Positions 49,501-60,836 of a stretch of 64,000 nucleotides of DNA are shown piece by piece. Every line of letters starts with the position of its first letter. The stretch's first letter is position 1. The stretch comes from Actinomycetota bacterium. Lineage in GTDB: Bacteria; Actinomycetota; Actinomycetes; Nanopelagicales; Nanopelagicaceae. The DNA is taken from contig WLHB01000001.1 in NCBI GenBank assembly GCA_009702965.1, positions 30,788 through 94,787 on the forward strand, written 5' to 3'. Made by a program: the position numbers and the translations under genes. The notes beneath the pieces were generated by a model, which made no database searches, was not told the origin of the DNA, and saw only the letters and a list, made by a program, of their open reading frames with translations.

Positions 49501-50039
49501 CTAACACCGATATGTCGATCAGTGCGCTACTCGATGATGGGGGAGTTCAAGAAGGGTTTGTCACGATCGGTGGGCTCATTACCGGAATCTCCCGCAAAGT
49601 TTCGCGCCAAGGTTCATCTTGGGCGATTGTCACCATTGAAGATCTAGAAGGTGCGCTAGAAGTTCTCTTCTTCGCCAACACCTACAATCAGTATGCACTG
49701 ACTCTTATTGAGGATCGCGTAGTAACAATTAGAGGCCGCGTCGATCGACGTGAAGATCAGGTGAGATTCAGTGCATTTGAAATGTCTTCTTTGGACATCA
49801 CTAGCGGTCCCGTCGGACCACTGCTGATTTCACTACCGATCACTTCATGTACCCCACCGATTGTTGAACGAATCAAGGAAATTCTGCGCTCACATCCAGG
49901 TAAACGAGAAGTACATCTTCAGATCAATGATGCGGGTTCCCAGACGATGATGAAAATTGATGCCCTCGTCACATCTTCACCAAGTCTGAGCGCTGATCTG
50001 AAGAGCATCCTTGGCCCTGACTGTTTGGTGCGTAGCTAA
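46527..50039 (+). CDS. dnaE: Replicative DNA polymerase III alpha
   Basis: HLHVH, TDHG, intact PHP ligands, PDIDLD, KMDFLG and QFDLF clamp motif. Confidence 0.97.
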   Translation: MSSTSSDSFAHLHVHTEYSMLDGAARVADLVAEVARQEMPAIAMTDHGNVFGAFDFYKQATNVGVKPIIGIEAYVAPESRHEKKRVQWASGGDDDVSGGGAYTHMTILAENNQGLANLFRLSSLASLEGYYYKPRMDRELLSRYADSLIATTGCPGGEIQTRLRMGNYREALRAASDYRDIFGANNFYLEVMDHGIDIENRVRTDLLRLGKELKLPLLATNDLHYTFAEDGAAHEALLCVQSGSTLADPKRFKFDNHEFYVKTAAQMREIFKDIPESCDNTLLVAERCNVTLREGENLLPRFEVPQGESEDSWLRKLSHEGLISRLGDRVTPTHVQRLDYELDVMAKMGFPGYFLVVADLCSHARSVGIRVGPGRGSAAGSLVAYALGITGLDPLEHGLLFERFLNPERISMPDIDLDFDERRRSEMIRYATEKYGDDRVAQIITYGTIKSKQALKDATRVLGYPYVIGEKLTKALPPSVMGKDITLGGVFDKDDPRYGEAGEFRTLYETDVDSKRVVDLAKGLEGLKRQWGVHAAGVILSREPLLDVIPIHRREADGAIITQFDMGACEATGLLKMDFLGLRNLSVLDDALANIKLNLNVDVVLEDLPLADKKTFELLSRGDTLGVFQLDGGPMRALLRSMAPDSFADISAVIALYRPGPMGENAHNNYADRKNGRKPVEAIHPELREPLAEILGDTYGLIVYQEQVMAIAQKVAGFSLGRADLLRKAMGKKNKEILDKEYIPFEAGMKSNGFGDAAIKRLWEVLIPFSDYAFNRAHSAGYGVVSFWTAYLKANYPTEYMAALLTSVRDDKDKSALYLSECRRMGISVLPPDVNESNSEYTPRGKDIRFGLAAIRNVGEGVVASIKSARESKGAFTSFGDFLAKVDAQVCNKKTIESLIKAGAFDDLGHHRKALVAVHLTAIDAVIESKRAEAIGQFDLFGDEGGSQMSGLEIEIPEGEWDKATLLSFEREMLGLYVSDHPLLGVEHILRSNTDMSISALLDDGGVQEGFVTIGGLITGISRKVSRQGSSWAIVTIEDLEGALEVLFFANTYNQYALTLIEDRVVTIRGRVDRREDQVRFSAFEMSSLDITSGPVGPLLISLPITSCTPPIVERIKEILRSHPGKREVHLQINDAGSQTMMKIDALVTSSPSLSADLKSILGPDCLVRS

Positions 50040-50090
50040 CTTCATTAATTCATGACTCACCGTCGGGTCGCATCAAAGTAGACTCTGCTC

Positions 50091-51398
50091 ATGATTCGCA
50101 GAGTTGACCTCAGAGGAACCGGCCTGACAAAGGCTGGCTACCAAAAACTTCTGCCTCGAGCCACCCTTGATATCAATCAAGCGATGAAGACCGTTGAACC
50201 AATTCTGGCGAGAGTCAAAAATGGAAGCATCTCTGATCTCCTTGATCTGTCATTCGAATTTGATGGTGTGAGGCCACCAGCACTTCGGGTCTCACAGCGT
50301 GATCTGGATCAAGCACTGAGCACACTTGATCCAGCGGTTCGAGCAGCCCTTGAGCTCTCTATTGAACGTATCCGCAAAGTTCACAATGATCAACGACGAA
50401 AAGAAATTAAGACGAGCGTTGTCGATGGTGGAATTGTTACCGAGCGTTGGATTCCAGTTGATCGAGTGGGTCTCTATGTTCCAGGAGGAAGAGCGGTCTA
50501 TCCATCGAGTGTGATGATGAATGTGATTCCGGCTCAGATTGCAGAAGTTGCGAGTATTGCCGTTGCGTCTCCTCCGCAGAAAGAGTTTGGCGGCTTGCCA
50601 CATCCAACAATTCTTGCAACGTGCGCTCTCCTTGGTATCAATGAGGTGTATGCCATCGGTGGCGCGCAGGCAATTGCACTCTTTGCCTATGGCATGGATG
50701 AGGTCTGCGAAAAATGTGATCTCGTAACGGGACCTGGCAACATTTATGTAGCTGCCGCTAAAAGAGCGCTTCGAGGTGTTATTGGAATTGATTCAGAGGC
50801 AGGACCTACTGAAATTGCAATCTTGGCAGATAGTTCTGCAGATCCAGTTCACATCGCGGCAGATTTGATTAGCCAGGCAGAACACGATGTCATTGCAGCC
50901 GCAGTCTTAGTCACAGATTCACAAGAATTGGCTGATGCAGTTCAGATCGAACTCAATCGTCAAGTTCCGCTCACAAAGCATGCAGAGCGAATTGGAACCG
51001 CACTCAGTGGAATACAGAGCGCTATCGCACTTGTCGATGACATCGCGCAAGGGCTAGATGTCGTTAATGCATATGCCGCCGAACACCTTGAAATTCAAAC
51101 CAGAGACGCACGCACCGTGAGTGCAAACATTCGAAACGCAGGTGCAGTATTTATCGGTGCCTTCACTCCCGTTTCACTTGGGGATTACTCAGCTGGCTCT
51201 AACCATGTTCTGCCAACAGGGGGATGTGCTTGCCATAGCAGCGGACTTTCGGTCGCAACTTTTCTCAGAGGGTTACATTTTATTGAGTACGACGAAAAAG
51301 CATTTCGTGATATCGCACCTACAGTGATCACTCTCGCTGAAGCAGAAGATCTCCCCGCGCACGGGCAAGCAATGAGTGCGCGATTGGATCAACGATGA
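50091..51398 (+). CDS. hisD: Histidinol dehydrogenase
   Basis: GLYVPGG, GPGN, AGPTE, SQAEH, EHL and [11 protein letters not shown] motifs. Confidence 0.97.
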   Translation: MIRRVDLRGTGLTKAGYQKLLPRATLDINQAMKTVEPILARVKNGSISDLLDLSFEFDGVRPPALRVSQRDLDQALSTLDPAVRAALELSIERIRKVHNDQRRKEIKTSVVDGGIVTERWIPVDRVGLYVPGGRAVYPSSVMMNVIPAQIAEVASIAVASPPQKEFGGLPHPTILATCALLGINEVYAIGGAQAIALFAYGMDEVCEKCDLVTGPGNIYVAAAKRALRGVIGIDSEAGPTEIAILADSSADPVHIAADLISQAEHDVIAAAVLVTDSQELADAVQIELNRQVPLTKHAERIGTALSGIQSAIALVDDIAQGLDVVNAYAAEHLEIQTRDARTVSANIRNAGAVFIGAFTPVSLGDYSAGSNHVLPTGGCACHSSGLSVATFLRGLHFIEYDEKAFRDIAPTVITLAEAEDLPAHGQAMSARLDQR

Positions 51399-52495
51399 CA
51401 GACCAAACTTGGCCTTCTTGGTTGCCAATCCGTTCGTCACTCTCACACCTATCACCGTATGGTGCACCTCAGGTGGAATCCGACGCGGCTCTTAATACAA
51501 ATGAAAACCCATTTCCACTATCTGCGGCCATCGCTGAGGCGATTTCTCATCGCATCTCAGAGGTTGCAACAACTCTGAATCGTTATCCTGATCGTGATGC
51601 ACTCTCACTACGAACAGGGCTCGCGGAATATATCAATGAGATGTCATCGACTGATTTCACTGCTGGGCAGATCTGGGTTGCAAATGGAAGTAACGAAATT
51701 ATTCAATCCTTGTTCTTAGCCTGTGGTGATCAAGGAGCAATTGGATTTCTTCCGTCATATTCAATGCACCCATTGATCGCAAAAGTCACTTCGACGAAGT
51801 GGTGTGATGGAACACGAGAGAGCGATTTCTCACTCAATATTGAGAGCGTTCTCACTCAAATCAAGGCAAACCCTTCAGGTCTCACCTTCATCACTACTCC
51901 AAACAATCCCACAGGTGAAGCCATCACTCTGGCTGACATTGAAAGAATTGCTCAGCATGTTTGCGGATTACTAGTTGTCGATGAAGCGTACGCAGAATTT
52001 TCAGATGAAAAATCTGCCGTTACCTTAATCGCGCAATACCCACAGATCGTTGTAATTAGAACAATGAGCAAGGCCTTCTCTTTTGCTGGGGCGAGAGTGG
52101 GATACCTCGTTGCTCATCCTCGAGTCATCGATGCCATGATGCTCGTCCGCCTCCCGTATCACCTCAGTACCCTGACTCAGAGTGCAGCCCTTGTGGCGCT
52201 AGATTTCAAGCGCGAACTTCTTTCAGGAGTGGCGCAGTTGATTGCAGAACGAAAGCGCGTAACAGAAGCACTTGTTGCGATGGATCTAAAAGTTCTTCCT
52301 AGCCAGGCTAACTTTCTTCTCTTTACTGGCTTCACTCACAGCTCCGCCGAATTGTGGCAATCAATGCTTGATCGAGGCATATTGATTCGGGATGTGGGAT
52401 TATCGGGTTACTTACGGACCACAATCGGCACTTTCGCCGAAAATCAGAAATTTCTACATGCGTTAGAAGAGTGCCTAGTGAAGGAGAGATCATGA
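51395..52495 (+). CDS. hisC: Histidinol-phosphate aminotransferase
   Basis: NTNENP, NRYPD, PNNPTG, DEAY and RTMSKA motifs. Confidence 0.96.
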   Translation: MTDQTWPSWLPIRSSLSHLSPYGAPQVESDAALNTNENPFPLSAAIAEAISHRISEVATTLNRYPDRDALSLRTGLAEYINEMSSTDFTAGQIWVANGSNEIIQSLFLACGDQGAIGFLPSYSMHPLIAKVTSTKWCDGTRESDFSLNIESVLTQIKANPSGLTFITTPNNPTGEAITLADIERIAQHVCGLLVVDEAYAEFSDEKSAVTLIAQYPQIVVIRTMSKAFSFAGARVGYLVAHPRVIDAMMLVRLPYHLSTLTQSAALVALDFKRELLSGVAQLIAERKRVTEALVAMDLKVLPSQANFLLFTGFTHSSAELWQSMLDRGILIRDVGLSGYLRTTIGTFAENQKFLHALEECLVKERS

Positions 52496-53076
52496 GAACA
52501 GCCAGAGTTGAACGTAAGACCAAAGAATCGCACGTTCTAGTTGAAATCAACCTCGATGGCTCTGGTCAGATCAGTGTCGATACGGGTGTTCCGTTCTTCG
52601 ATCATATGCTTTCGCAACTAGGCAAGCACTCTGGATTTGATCTAACGGTAAAGACAGATGGCGATGTAGATGTTGACTCTCATCACACAGTTGAAGATAC
52701 ATCTCTTGCCTTTGGCCAAGCGCTACGCGAAGCTCTTGGCGACAAGGCCGGCATTCGTCGCTTTGGTGATGCCATGGTTCCACTCGATGAGGTATTAGTG
52801 CAGGTAGCAGTGGATCTCTCCGGGCGACCATATTTAGTCCATCGTCAACCTGAAATTGTTGAGCTGATCGGCACATTCGACACCACATTAGGTAAGCACA
52901 TTTGGGAATCAATCGTTGCAGAAGCCCGCATCGCGCTACACATTCGCGTTCTTGAGGGTCGCAACGCGCACCATGTCTTTGAGGCTCAATTTAAGGCTGT
53001 TGCTCGCGCACTTCGTGATGCAGTCGCAATCGATGCTCGTGTATCTGGCATACCTTCGACTAAAGGCTCACTCTAA
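52492..53076 (+). CDS. hisB: Imidazoleglycerol-phosphate dehydratase
   Basis: [20 protein letters not shown] and PSTKG; SD AAGGAG before ATG 52492. Confidence 0.97.
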   Translation: MRTARVERKTKESHVLVEINLDGSGQISVDTGVPFFDHMLSQLGKHSGFDLTVKTDGDVDVDSHHTVEDTSLAFGQALREALGDKAGIRRFGDAMVPLDEVLVQVAVDLSGRPYLVHRQPEIVELIGTFDTTLGKHIWESIVAEARIALHIRVLEGRNAHHVFEAQFKAVARALRDAVAIDARVSGIPSTKGSL

Positions 53077-53675
53077 TTTCAACGATTGCAATTCTGGATT
53101 ACGGCTCTGGCAATCTTCGATCGGCGGCGAGAGCCTTTGAAACATCTGGATTAACAGTTGTATTGACATCTGATCCCCAAGTTGCGCGAGAGGCGGCAGG
53201 TCTTGTAGTTCCTGGTGTCGGCGCTTTCTCGGCCTGTATGGAGGGACTAAAAAAAGTTGGAGCACCAGCAGTAATCGCTGATCGTTTTAGAGATAACCGA
53301 CCAACCCTTGGAATCTGTGTTGGAATGCAAGTTCTATTTGCAGATAGTGATGAGAACGGAATCCATCAGGGCATCGGTATGTGGAAAACATCTGTACGGA
53401 AGTTGCAGTCCCCGATTCTTCCTCATATGGGATGGAACACCATTGAGCCAAGCCATAACTCCATACTTTTCGACGGGGTAGAAGGTGAATCCTTTTACTT
53501 TGTTCACTCGTATGCAGCGCGTGAGACACATGTTGGCAATGCGACATATGCCTTGCACGGAGAGAAATTTTTAGCAGCGGTGGAAAACGGCCCTCTCAGC
53601 GCAACACAATTTCATCCAGAGAAGTCAGGTCGCGCAGGCCTCGCACTGATCAAAAATTGGAGTAAATCGCTATGA
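53076..53675 (+). CDS. hisH: IGP synthase glutamine amidotransferase subunit (apparent ATT start)
   Basis: In-frame [13 protein letters not shown] lies upstream of the called TTG; PGVG, GICVGMQ, PHMGWN, YFVHSY and QFHPEKS motifs. Confidence 0.93.
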   Translation: MSTIAILDYGSGNLRSAARAFETSGLTVVLTSDPQVAREAAGLVVPGVGAFSACMEGLKKVGAPAVIADRFRDNRPTLGICVGMQVLFADSDENGIHQGIGMWKTSVRKLQSPILPHMGWNTIEPSHNSILFDGVEGESFYFVHSYAARETHVGNATYALHGEKFLAAVENGPLSATQFHPEKSGRAGLALIKNWSKSL

Positions 53676-54397
53676 ACTTTCTTGAACTTTTACCTGCAGT
53701 AGATGTAAAAGATGGGAGAGCAGTCCGCCTAGTTCAGGGTGAGCTCTCTCAAGAAAGTATCTACGGATCTCCACTTGAAGTTGCACTCGAATTTGAAAAG
53801 TCAGGCGCTGAGTGGATTCACCTCGTTGATCTCGATGCCGCCTTTGGCCGTGGTGAAAATACTGCGCTGCTGGCTGAAGTTGTTGGCAGGCTAGATATCG
53901 ATGTCGAACTCTCTGGTGGAATCAGAGATGATGAATCACTTGAGCGCGCAATTGCTACTGGATGTCGACGTGTCAATCTCGGAACTGCAGCTCTTGAAAA
54001 CCCAGAGTGGACTTCAAGGGTAATCAGTCGATACGGTGATCAGATAGCAGTCGGTCTTGATGTTCGCGGACATGTTCTTGCCGCTAGGGGATGGACCCAA
54101 GAAGGTGGCGACCTCTTCGAAACAATCTCTCGCCTTGAATCAGATGGGTGTGCTCGATATATCGTCACAGATGTCACTAAAGATGGAACGCTGCAGGGTC
54201 CGAACTTAGAACTGTTGAGAGAAGTCTGCGCCGTGACAAAGAAACCTGTCGTTGCAAGTGGCGGAATATCAAGTCTTGCAGATATTTCTGCACTCAGTGC
54301 GCTGCGTGCGATCGGTGTTGAAGGTGCCATTGTTGGAAAGGCACTCTATGCAGGTGCATTTACCTTAGAACAAGCTCTTGAAGTGACGCGATCATGA
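53672..54397 (+). CDS. priA: Phosphoribosyl isomerase A (HisA, likely bifunctional HisA/TrpF)
   Basis: [26 protein letters not shown] and TDVTKDG; no trpF in the adjacent trp cluster. Confidence 0.9.
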   Translation: MNFLELLPAVDVKDGRAVRLVQGELSQESIYGSPLEVALEFEKSGAEWIHLVDLDAAFGRGENTALLAEVVGRLDIDVELSGGIRDDESLERAIATGCRRVNLGTAALENPEWTSRVISRYGDQIAVGLDVRGHVLAARGWTQEGGDLFETISRLESDGCARYIVTDVTKDGTLQGPNLELLREVCAVTKKPVVASGGISSLADISALSALRAIGVEGAIVGKALYAGAFTLEQALEVTRS

Positions 54398-55167
54398 CGC
54401 TGTCCACTCGAATCATCGCCTGTCTCGATGTTGATAATGGGCGAGTAGTTAAGGGCGTTAACTTCACCGATCTTGTTGACGCGGGCGATCCGGTTGAGAT
54501 GGCAAAGCTCTACGACTCTGAAGGTATTGATGAATTAACATTTCTAGATATCTCTGCAAGTGTTTCAAATCGTGAAACAACCTATGATGTTGTGGGACGT
54601 ACAGCAGACCAAGTTTTTATCCCCTTGACAGTCGGCGGAGGCGTGCGATCAGTAGATGATGTAGATCGTCTACTTCGCGCAGGTGCAGATAAAGTCTCGA
54701 TCAATACCGCAGCAATCGCCCGCCCAGAACTCATCTCAGAGATTTCAGAACGCTTTGGCAATCAAGTACTAGTTCTCTCCGTCGATGCGCGACGAGCACG
54801 AACACCATCTGGATTTGAAGTAACTACTCACGGAGGGCGTACCAGCGCGGGTCTCGATGCATTGTCATGGATAGAAGATGCAACTAGCCGGGGTGTTGGT
54901 GAAATTCTGCTCAACTCGATGGATGCTGATGGAACTCGCGCCGGTTATGACATAGGAATGATTACTCGAATTCGGGAGGTATCTTCACTTCCACTCATTG
55001 CAAGCGGTGGCGCAGGCTCGCTAGAAGACTTTGCTGCAGCCATTGAGGCAGGTGCCGATGCCCTCCTTGCTGCAAGTGTCTTTCACTTTGGCATCCATCG
55101 CATTCAAGATGTGAAGAAGTATCTATCTGAGCATGGATATTCCGTGCACACAGGTTCCTCGCTCTAG
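54394..55167 (+). CDS. hisF: IGP synthase cyclase subunit
   Basis: [28 protein letters not shown] and IASGGAG motifs. Confidence 0.97.
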   Translation: MTLSTRIIACLDVDNGRVVKGVNFTDLVDAGDPVEMAKLYDSEGIDELTFLDISASVSNRETTYDVVGRTADQVFIPLTVGGGVRSVDDVDRLLRAGADKVSINTAAIARPELISEISERFGNQVLVLSVDARRARTPSGFEVTTHGGRTSAGLDALSWIEDATSRGVGEILLNSMDADGTRAGYDIGMITRIREVSSLPLIASGGAGSLEDFAAAIEAGADALLAASVFHFGIHRIQDVKKYLSEHGYSVHTGSSL

Positions 55168-55181
55168 GGCACAATTAGCAG

Positions 55182-55553
55182 GTGAACACGATTCTTCCCC
55201 AAGAGATACGCGAGCTTTTGAAAGACTCCGATGCTCTGATGCCAGCGATTGCCCAAGATAGCCTCTCGGGCGAGGTCTTAATGCTTGCTTATGTAAATGC
55301 CGAATCCCTAGCGCTCACAATTGAATCGGGTTTTGCCACCTACTTCAGCCGATCACGTAATCAGATATGGAAGAAAGGTGAAACGTCAGGTCACCTCCAA
55401 AAAATTGTCTCCATCTCTCTCGATTGTGACGGAGATGCAATTCTCTTTCAGGTCAGTCAAGAAGGATCGGCATGCCACACTGGCGAGTTCACGTGTTTTC
55501 ATCGAGAAGTTTTTCCAGCCGCAGATGCAGAAAGCAATGACATCACAGAATGA
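55182..55553 (+). CDS. hisI: Phosphoribosyl-AMP cyclohydrolase
   Basis: SRSR..W.KGETSG, DCDGD and ACHTG..CF motifs. Confidence 0.95.
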   Translation: MNTILPQEIRELLKDSDALMPAIAQDSLSGEVLMLAYVNAESLALTIESGFATYFSRSRNQIWKKGETSGHLQKIVSISLDCDGDAILFQVSQEGSACHTGEFTCFHREVFPAADAESNDITE

Positions 55554-57043
55554 ATCTGCAAGAGTTTAGAGAGTACGCACGCGAATACAACGTTATCCCC
55601 GTGTACAGAAAGTTACTCGCAGATGGCGAAACACCACTTGGTGTTTATAGAAAGCTGGCCGGAAAATCTCCTGGCTCGTTTCTCCTTGAATCGGCCGAGC
55701 ATGGCGGTGTGTGGTCTCGGTACTCGTTTATCGGCGCACATTCTCAGGCAACGCTCACCGAAGTAGATGGTCTCGCGCAGTGGATTGGCGTCGCACCTGC
55801 TGGAGCGCCCGCCGGGATTGATCCGCTAGAAGCACTTCGCTTATCTGCATCACATCTTCGCTCTCCAAAAATCCCAGGCTTACCTCCACTTACCGGTGGA
55901 CTGGTTGGTTATATGGGTTATGACAGCGTTCGTAGATTAGAGAAGTTACCAAGTAGTGCTATGAGAGATATTCCACTTCCAGAGATTGCATTCATGTTGA
56001 CGAGTGATTTAGCAGTAATGGATCACACAGAGGGGAGTATCACTCTGATTGCTAATGCGATCAACTGGGATGGCTCCGATGATCGTATTGATGAAGCTTT
56101 TATCGATGCTACTGCGCGATTGGATCGAATGCAGAGTCAACTCACGGCAGCAATCCCTGGTGAGATTGCAGAGATACCGTCTGTCGGTGAGCTCACCTTT
56201 GACCGCAATATGAGTGAAGAAGATTTCATCTCAAAAGTGTTACGCGCTAAGGAAGAAATTCTTTCGGGTGAGGCGTTCCAGATCGTTCTTTCGCAGCGTT
56301 TTTCAATGGAGTGCACTGCAGATGCAATAGATGTCTATCGCATGCTTCGTCTTCGAAATCCATCGCCATATATGTACTTGTTCAGGTTTGAAGGTGGCGT
56401 AGAGGTTGTCGGATCTTCACCTGAAGCACTAGTCAAAGTTACACAGGGCGAAGTGATGGTTCATCCGATTGCGGGAACTCGAAAGCGTTCAGAAGCACCC
56501 GAAGAAGATATTCGGCTTGGTGAAGAACTTCTGGCTGATCCTAAAGAGCGAGCAGAGCACCTCATGCTGGTAGATCTAGGACGAAATGATCTTGGTCGAA
56601 TCTGTGCTGCAGGTTCTGTTGAAGTTATTGATTTTATGAGTATCGAGAGATATTCCCATGTGATGCACATTGTCTCGACAGTTACTGGGACGTTAGCCGA
56701 TGGAAAAACTGGCGTTGACGCGCTCTTTGCAACCTTTCCTGCTGGAACGCTCTCAGGCGCGCCTAAGCCGCGAGCAATGGAGATCATTGAAGAACTTGAG
56801 CCACATCGTCGCGCTCTATACGGTGGTGCCATCGGTTACCTTGATTTCACTGGCAATGTAGATACTTGCATTGCAATTCGTACAGCGCTGATCTATGACG
56901 GTCGTGCCTATGTACAAGCAGGTGCTGGCGTTGTCGCCGATTCAGTACCCGAATCTGAGTATCAAGAATGTATAAATAAAGCGGCAGCGGTCTTGGGCGC
57001 TGTGAGCGCTGCGCTGGCAATGCAGGTAAGAAGTGATGGGTAA
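55550..57043 (+). CDS. trpE: Anthranilate synthase component I
   Basis: [30 protein letters not shown] and [10 protein letters not shown] motifs. Confidence 0.96.
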   Translation: MNLQEFREYAREYNVIPVYRKLLADGETPLGVYRKLAGKSPGSFLLESAEHGGVWSRYSFIGAHSQATLTEVDGLAQWIGVAPAGAPAGIDPLEALRLSASHLRSPKIPGLPPLTGGLVGYMGYDSVRRLEKLPSSAMRDIPLPEIAFMLTSDLAVMDHTEGSITLIANAINWDGSDDRIDEAFIDATARLDRMQSQLTAAIPGEIAEIPSVGELTFDRNMSEEDFISKVLRAKEEILSGEAFQIVLSQRFSMECTADAIDVYRMLRLRNPSPYMYLFRFEGGVEVVGSSPEALVKVTQGEVMVHPIAGTRKRSEAPEEDIRLGEELLADPKERAEHLMLVDLGRNDLGRICAAGSVEVIDFMSIERYSHVMHIVSTVTGTLADGKTGVDALFATFPAGTLSGAPKPRAMEIIEELEPHRRALYGGAIGYLDFTGNVDTCIAIRTALIYDGRAYVQAGAGVVADSVPESEYQECINKAAAVLGAVSAALAMQVRSDG

Positions 57044-57046
57044 ACC

Positions 57047-57226
57047 ATGATTGATCTTCTTCCGATTGCAGTGAGTGCAGTTGTTGTCGCAGCGTTTGTA
57101 ATCGCGATAAGCAGAAAGTTCTCTCTATCCCCACGATATGAACGCAAGCCCAGAAATCGATCGATATGGAGCGCGCAAGATCATGGGGAAGATCCCACCG
57201 ATGAGGGCAATCATGAGCGTTCTTGA
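57047..57226 (+). CDS. 59-aa membrane protein, truncated homolog of the trp-operon-associated membrane protein
   Basis: Hand translation gives [59 protein letters not shown], with S.RYE and W.A.D.GEDPT motifs; lies between trpE and trpC. Confidence 0.8.
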   Translation: MIDLLPIAVSAVVVAAFVIAISRKFSLSPRYERKPRNRSIWSAQDHGEDPTDEGNHERS

Positions 57227-57983
57227 TTCCATCATCGAAGGTGTACGTGAAGATCTTGCTGCACGTAGATTGCCTTTACACGATCTACAAGAAAAACTTG
57301 AACACGCCCCTGCTCCAATTGATCCTCACTCACAACTGCGCGGTGATCTCGTATCTGTCATTGCAGAGGTGAAGCGATCATCTCCAAGTAAAGGAGCGTT
57401 GGCAGAGATTACTGACCCAGCAGCTCTTGCCCATACTTATGAAGAGGCAGGAGCGAGCGTGATCAGTGTTCTCACCGAAAGACGTCGATTTGGTGGTTCG
57501 CTTGAAGATCTCACTGCAGTTCGATCTGCAGTGAAAATTCCTGTCTTGCGTAAAGATTTCATGGTCGATGAATATCAATTCTACGAGGCGCGTGCATATG
57601 GCGCTGATGTTGTACTCCTTATTGTCGCCGCCTTATCTACCAATCAACTTAAGGATTATTACGAGATGGCGACAGAGCTAGGTATGGCCAGCCTTGTGGA
57701 AGTTCACACTCACGAAGAGCTAGATCGGGCGATGGAGATTGAGCCGCGCATTATTGGTATCAATTCAAGAAACCTAAAAACGCTAGAAGTCGATCAACGG
57801 GCATTTGCCGAATTACTTCCTGAGATTCCCGCTACTATCATTCGTGTTGCTGAGTCAGGAATATCAACGCGGCTCGAGGTAGAGAGTGCCGAATCATTTG
57901 GCGCAGATGCGATTTTGGTGGGTGAGGCGCTGGTTCGTGCGGGGGATCCACTTTCTGCACTGCGCGCACTGCAGGGTCTCTAG
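57213..57983 (+). CDS. trpC: Indole-3-glycerol phosphate synthase
   Basis: [34 protein letters not shown] and AESG; start ATG 57213. Confidence 0.96.
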   Translation: MSVLDSIIEGVREDLAARRLPLHDLQEKLEHAPAPIDPHSQLRGDLVSVIAEVKRSSPSKGALAEITDPAALAHTYEEAGASVISVLTERRRFGGSLEDLTAVRSAVKIPVLRKDFMVDEYQFYEARAYGADVVLLIVAALSTNQLKDYYEMATELGMASLVEVHTHEELDRAMEIEPRIIGINSRNLKTLEVDQRAFAELLPEIPATIIRVAESGISTRLEVESAESFGADAILVGEALVRAGDPLSALRALQGL

Positions 57984-57996
57984 TACCCTCATATCC

Positions 57997-59193
57997 ATGA
58001 CTACTCAGGAAGAGAAGATTATTGGCCACTTTGGTCCGTACGGTGGTCGTTTCGTTCCTGAAGCACTTATTGGTGCACTTGAAGAGTTAGAACAGGCCCA
58101 CATTGCTGCAGCATCCGATCCTGCATTTGCTGCAGAACTTGATCATCTTCATCGCACATACACAGGGCGCCCAAGCATCCTCACCGAAGCGCCACGTTTT
58201 GCCGAGTATGCAGGTGGTGCACGGATTCTCCTTAAGCGAGAAGATCTCAATCACACGGGCTCACATAAGATAAATAATGTTTTGGGGCAAGCACTATTAA
58301 CCAAGCGTATGGGGAAAAAGCGAATCATCGCTGAAACAGGTGCTGGTCAACACGGAGTTGCATCTGCAACTGTAGCTGCACTGATGGGTCTTGAGTGCGT
58401 TGTTTACATGGGCGAGGAAGATACCAAGCGCCAAGCTCTCAACGTCGCTCGTATGAAATTACTCGGAGCCACAGTTGTACCTGTTACTAGTGGGTCTCGA
58501 ACTCTTAAAGATGCAATCAACGAAGCAATGCGCGACTGGGTTACAAATGTAGAAACGACACATTATCTCCTTGGCACAGTTGCTGGCCCACATCCATTTC
58601 CAACTATGGTTCGAGATTTTCATCGCATCATTGGTGTTGAGGCCCGCGCTCAAGTCTTAGAACTGACCGGCAAACTTCCAGATGCTGTACTTGCATGTGT
58701 TGGCGGCGGATCGAATGCGATTGGAATTTTTCACCCATTTATCGATGATGTGAGCGTTCAATTAATCGGCCTTGAGGCTGGTGGCGATGGTGTCAGTACT
58801 GGGCGTCACGCTGCGACCATTTCAGGTGGAACACCCGGTGTATTACATGGAACTCGATCATATGTTTTGCAAGATGAAAACGGTCAGACGGTTGAGTCCC
58901 ATTCAATTTCTGCAGGTCTAGATTATCCCGGCGTCGGTCCAGAGCACGCCTTCCTTCATGACATTGGTCGCGCGCAATATCGCGCAATTACAGATGCAGA
59001 GGCGATGGAGGCATTTGCTCTTCTCTGTAAAACTGAAGGCATTATTCCCGCTATCGAAACAGCGCATGCTCTAGCCGGTGCGATGCAAGTGGGAAGAGAG
59101 ATGGGGCCATCAGCAACACTTCTTTTAAATCTTTCTGGTCGCGGAGATAAGGATGTTGCAACTGCAGCCCAATACTTTGGAATTGAGCTCTAA
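57997..59193 (+). CDS. trpB: Tryptophan synthase beta
   Basis: [25 protein letters not shown] and [13 protein letters not shown]; start ATG 57997. Confidence 0.97.
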   Translation: MTTQEEKIIGHFGPYGGRFVPEALIGALEELEQAHIAAASDPAFAAELDHLHRTYTGRPSILTEAPRFAEYAGGARILLKREDLNHTGSHKINNVLGQALLTKRMGKKRIIAETGAGQHGVASATVAALMGLECVVYMGEEDTKRQALNVARMKLLGATVVPVTSGSRTLKDAINEAMRDWVTNVETTHYLLGTVAGPHPFPTMVRDFHRIIGVEARAQVLELTGKLPDAVLACVGGGSNAIGIFHPFIDDVSVQLIGLEAGGDGVSTGRHAATISGGTPGVLHGTRSYVLQDENGQTVESHSISAGLDYPGVGPEHAFLHDIGRAQYRAITDAEAMEAFALLCKTEGIIPAIETAHALAGAMQVGREMGPSATLLLNLSGRGDKDVATAAQYFGIEL

Positions 59194-59194
59194 G

Positions 59195-60004
59195 GTGTCA
59201 CTAGACACTCCGCTGGACCAAGTACTTGCCAGAGCCAAGAGTGAGAATAGAGCGGCGCTAATTGCTTACATCCCCGCCGGATTTCCAAGTCACGAAGGGT
59301 GCAAAAAAGTAATCGCCGCTTTTGCCGCTGGAGGCGTCGATGCAATTGAGATTGGTTTCCCCTATAGCGATCCAGTGATGGATGGTCCAACAATTCAAGC
59401 GGCTGCAGTGCAGTCGTTGAGTCAAGGCACTGGTGCAAAAGAAGTATTTGAATCACTCAAGTGCGCTACAGATCTTGGCGTCGCAGCAGTTGTGATGACG
59501 TACTGGAATCCCATTGAACGATATGGCGTGGAAAAGTTCGCGGAATCAATCGCTGCGAACGGGGGATCAGGTGTTATCACTCCAGATCTGACCGTTGAAG
59601 AATCTCGCGAATGGATTAAGGCGACAGATCATTCAAAGATTAATCGCATCTATGTTGTTGCCCCTAGTACATCTGATGCGCGGTTACCAAAAGTGACAGG
59701 GTCTTGTGGCGGCTTTATCTATGCCGCAAGCCTTATGGGTGTGACAGGAACACGATCGAGTGTGTCTTCATCTGCCGCCGATCTCGTTGCACGCATCCGT
59801 AGATCATCTGACACGCCAGTGAGCGTGGGGCTTGGAGTATCAACTCGCGAACATGCAAAATCAGTTGCAGCCTATGCAGATGGTGTGATCGTTGGCTCTG
59901 CATTCATCAACGTCTTGCTTGAGGCCCCTGACGAAGAATCTGGACTCAGGGCAGTAAAAGAACTAGCAGAGCAATTGGCGATGGGCGTACGAGAAGGCCG
60001 GTGA
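59195..60004 (+). CDS. trpA: Tryptophan synthase alpha
   Basis: EIGFPYSDPVMDGPTIQ, MTYWN, GVTG and DGVIVGSA; start GTG 59195 or TTG 59183. Confidence 0.95.
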   Translation: MSLDTPLDQVLARAKSENRAALIAYIPAGFPSHEGCKKVIAAFAAGGVDAIEIGFPYSDPVMDGPTIQAAAVQSLSQGTGAKEVFESLKCATDLGVAAVVMTYWNPIERYGVEKFAESIAANGGSGVITPDLTVEESREWIKATDHSKINRIYVVAPSTSDARLPKVTGSCGGFIYAASLMGVTGTRSSVSSSAADLVARIRRSSDTPVSVGLGVSTREHAKSVAAYADGVIVGSAFINVLLEAPDEESGLRAVKELAEQLAMGVREGR

Positions 60005-60074
60005 GCAGGTACCATTTGAGGAGAATTTTCTCTCGAATAAAAGTCTGATTAAGTCTAACTAGTGAGGATCAATA

Positions 60075-60818
60075 ATGAGTAAAGCAAAGAAGAATTCGGT
60101 CAAGGCGCAGAGCGGAGATCCGTTCACACGTTGGCTCGTCGTCGGCATGGTCGCTCTCGTTGTTGCAGTTGGAGCATTCTTTTTCTTTACTACTGAGAAT
60201 AAAGAGAGCACCGCTTCACTCGCTGCACTGGATTCATTCTCACCTATCGGCGAATTTGAGGCTGCTGTTGATCCTGCCCAGGGAGATGGAATTGTCTTCA
60301 ATGCTGGCCTGCCGTTAAAGATCAACGTCTTTGAAGATTTTCAGTGCCCAATTTGTAAGTTATTTGAAGATCCGATTGGTCCATACCTCACATCGCTGAT
60401 TACAGAGAAGAAGGCTGAAGTTGTTTTTCACCCGCTCTCATTCCTTGGTAATGGACAGAAAGATGACGAATCTATCGCGGCATCAAATGCTGCATATTGC
60501 GCAGTTGATGAAGGTCGATTCCTCGACTTCCATAAGGCTCTCTATGACGTGCAGTCGAGTGCTGAAAATTCTGGATTCCTCAACGATAAGAATCTCATCG
60601 CCATCGGTAAGAAAGTTGGAATCTCATCTCAAAAATTCTCGGATTGCGTCACCAATAAATCTAAGTTGGTAAACGTTGCTGCCGCAACTGACTCTATGAC
60701 TCGTTATGGAGTGCGCGGAACACCGACAACCTTAATCAACGGAAAAGTTTGGGAACGACAGAGTCCGGGCTTTGATGTGAATGAGTTTAAAGCCGCGGTT
60801 GAAGCTGCGATAAAGTAA
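60075..60818 (+). CDS. Membrane-anchored DsbA-like thiol-disulfide oxidoreductase
   Basis: TM helix, EDFQCPIC (CxxC) and GVRGTPT cis-Pro loop. Confidence 0.88.
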   Translation: MSKAKKNSVKAQSGDPFTRWLVVGMVALVVAVGAFFFFTTENKESTASLAALDSFSPIGEFEAAVDPAQGDGIVFNAGLPLKINVFEDFQCPICKLFEDPIGPYLTSLITEKKAEVVFHPLSFLGNGQKDDESIAASNAAYCAVDEGRFLDFHKALYDVQSSAENSGFLNDKNLIAIGKKVGISSQKFSDCVTNKSKLVNVAAATDSMTRYGVRGTPTTLINGKVWERQSPGFDVNEFKAAVEAAIK

Positions 60819-60836
60819 TTCGAGAAGAACTCTCGG

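Noticed and set aside
46527-50039. Intein or split in dnaE
   Set aside because: Normal length with continuous motifs; no intein signature seen
50061-50084. PafBC-like CGTCGG element before hisD
   Set aside because: Spacing to the -10 is 12 nt rather than 10, and the first base mismatches
53076-53675. hisH as a pseudogene or frameshift
   Set aside because: The frame is continuous and all catalytic motifs are intact; only the start codon is atypical
55550-60004. Missing trpF, trpG, trpD and hisE/hisG
   Set aside because: Normal for Actinobacteria: PriA supplies TrpF activity and the other genes usually lie elsewhere
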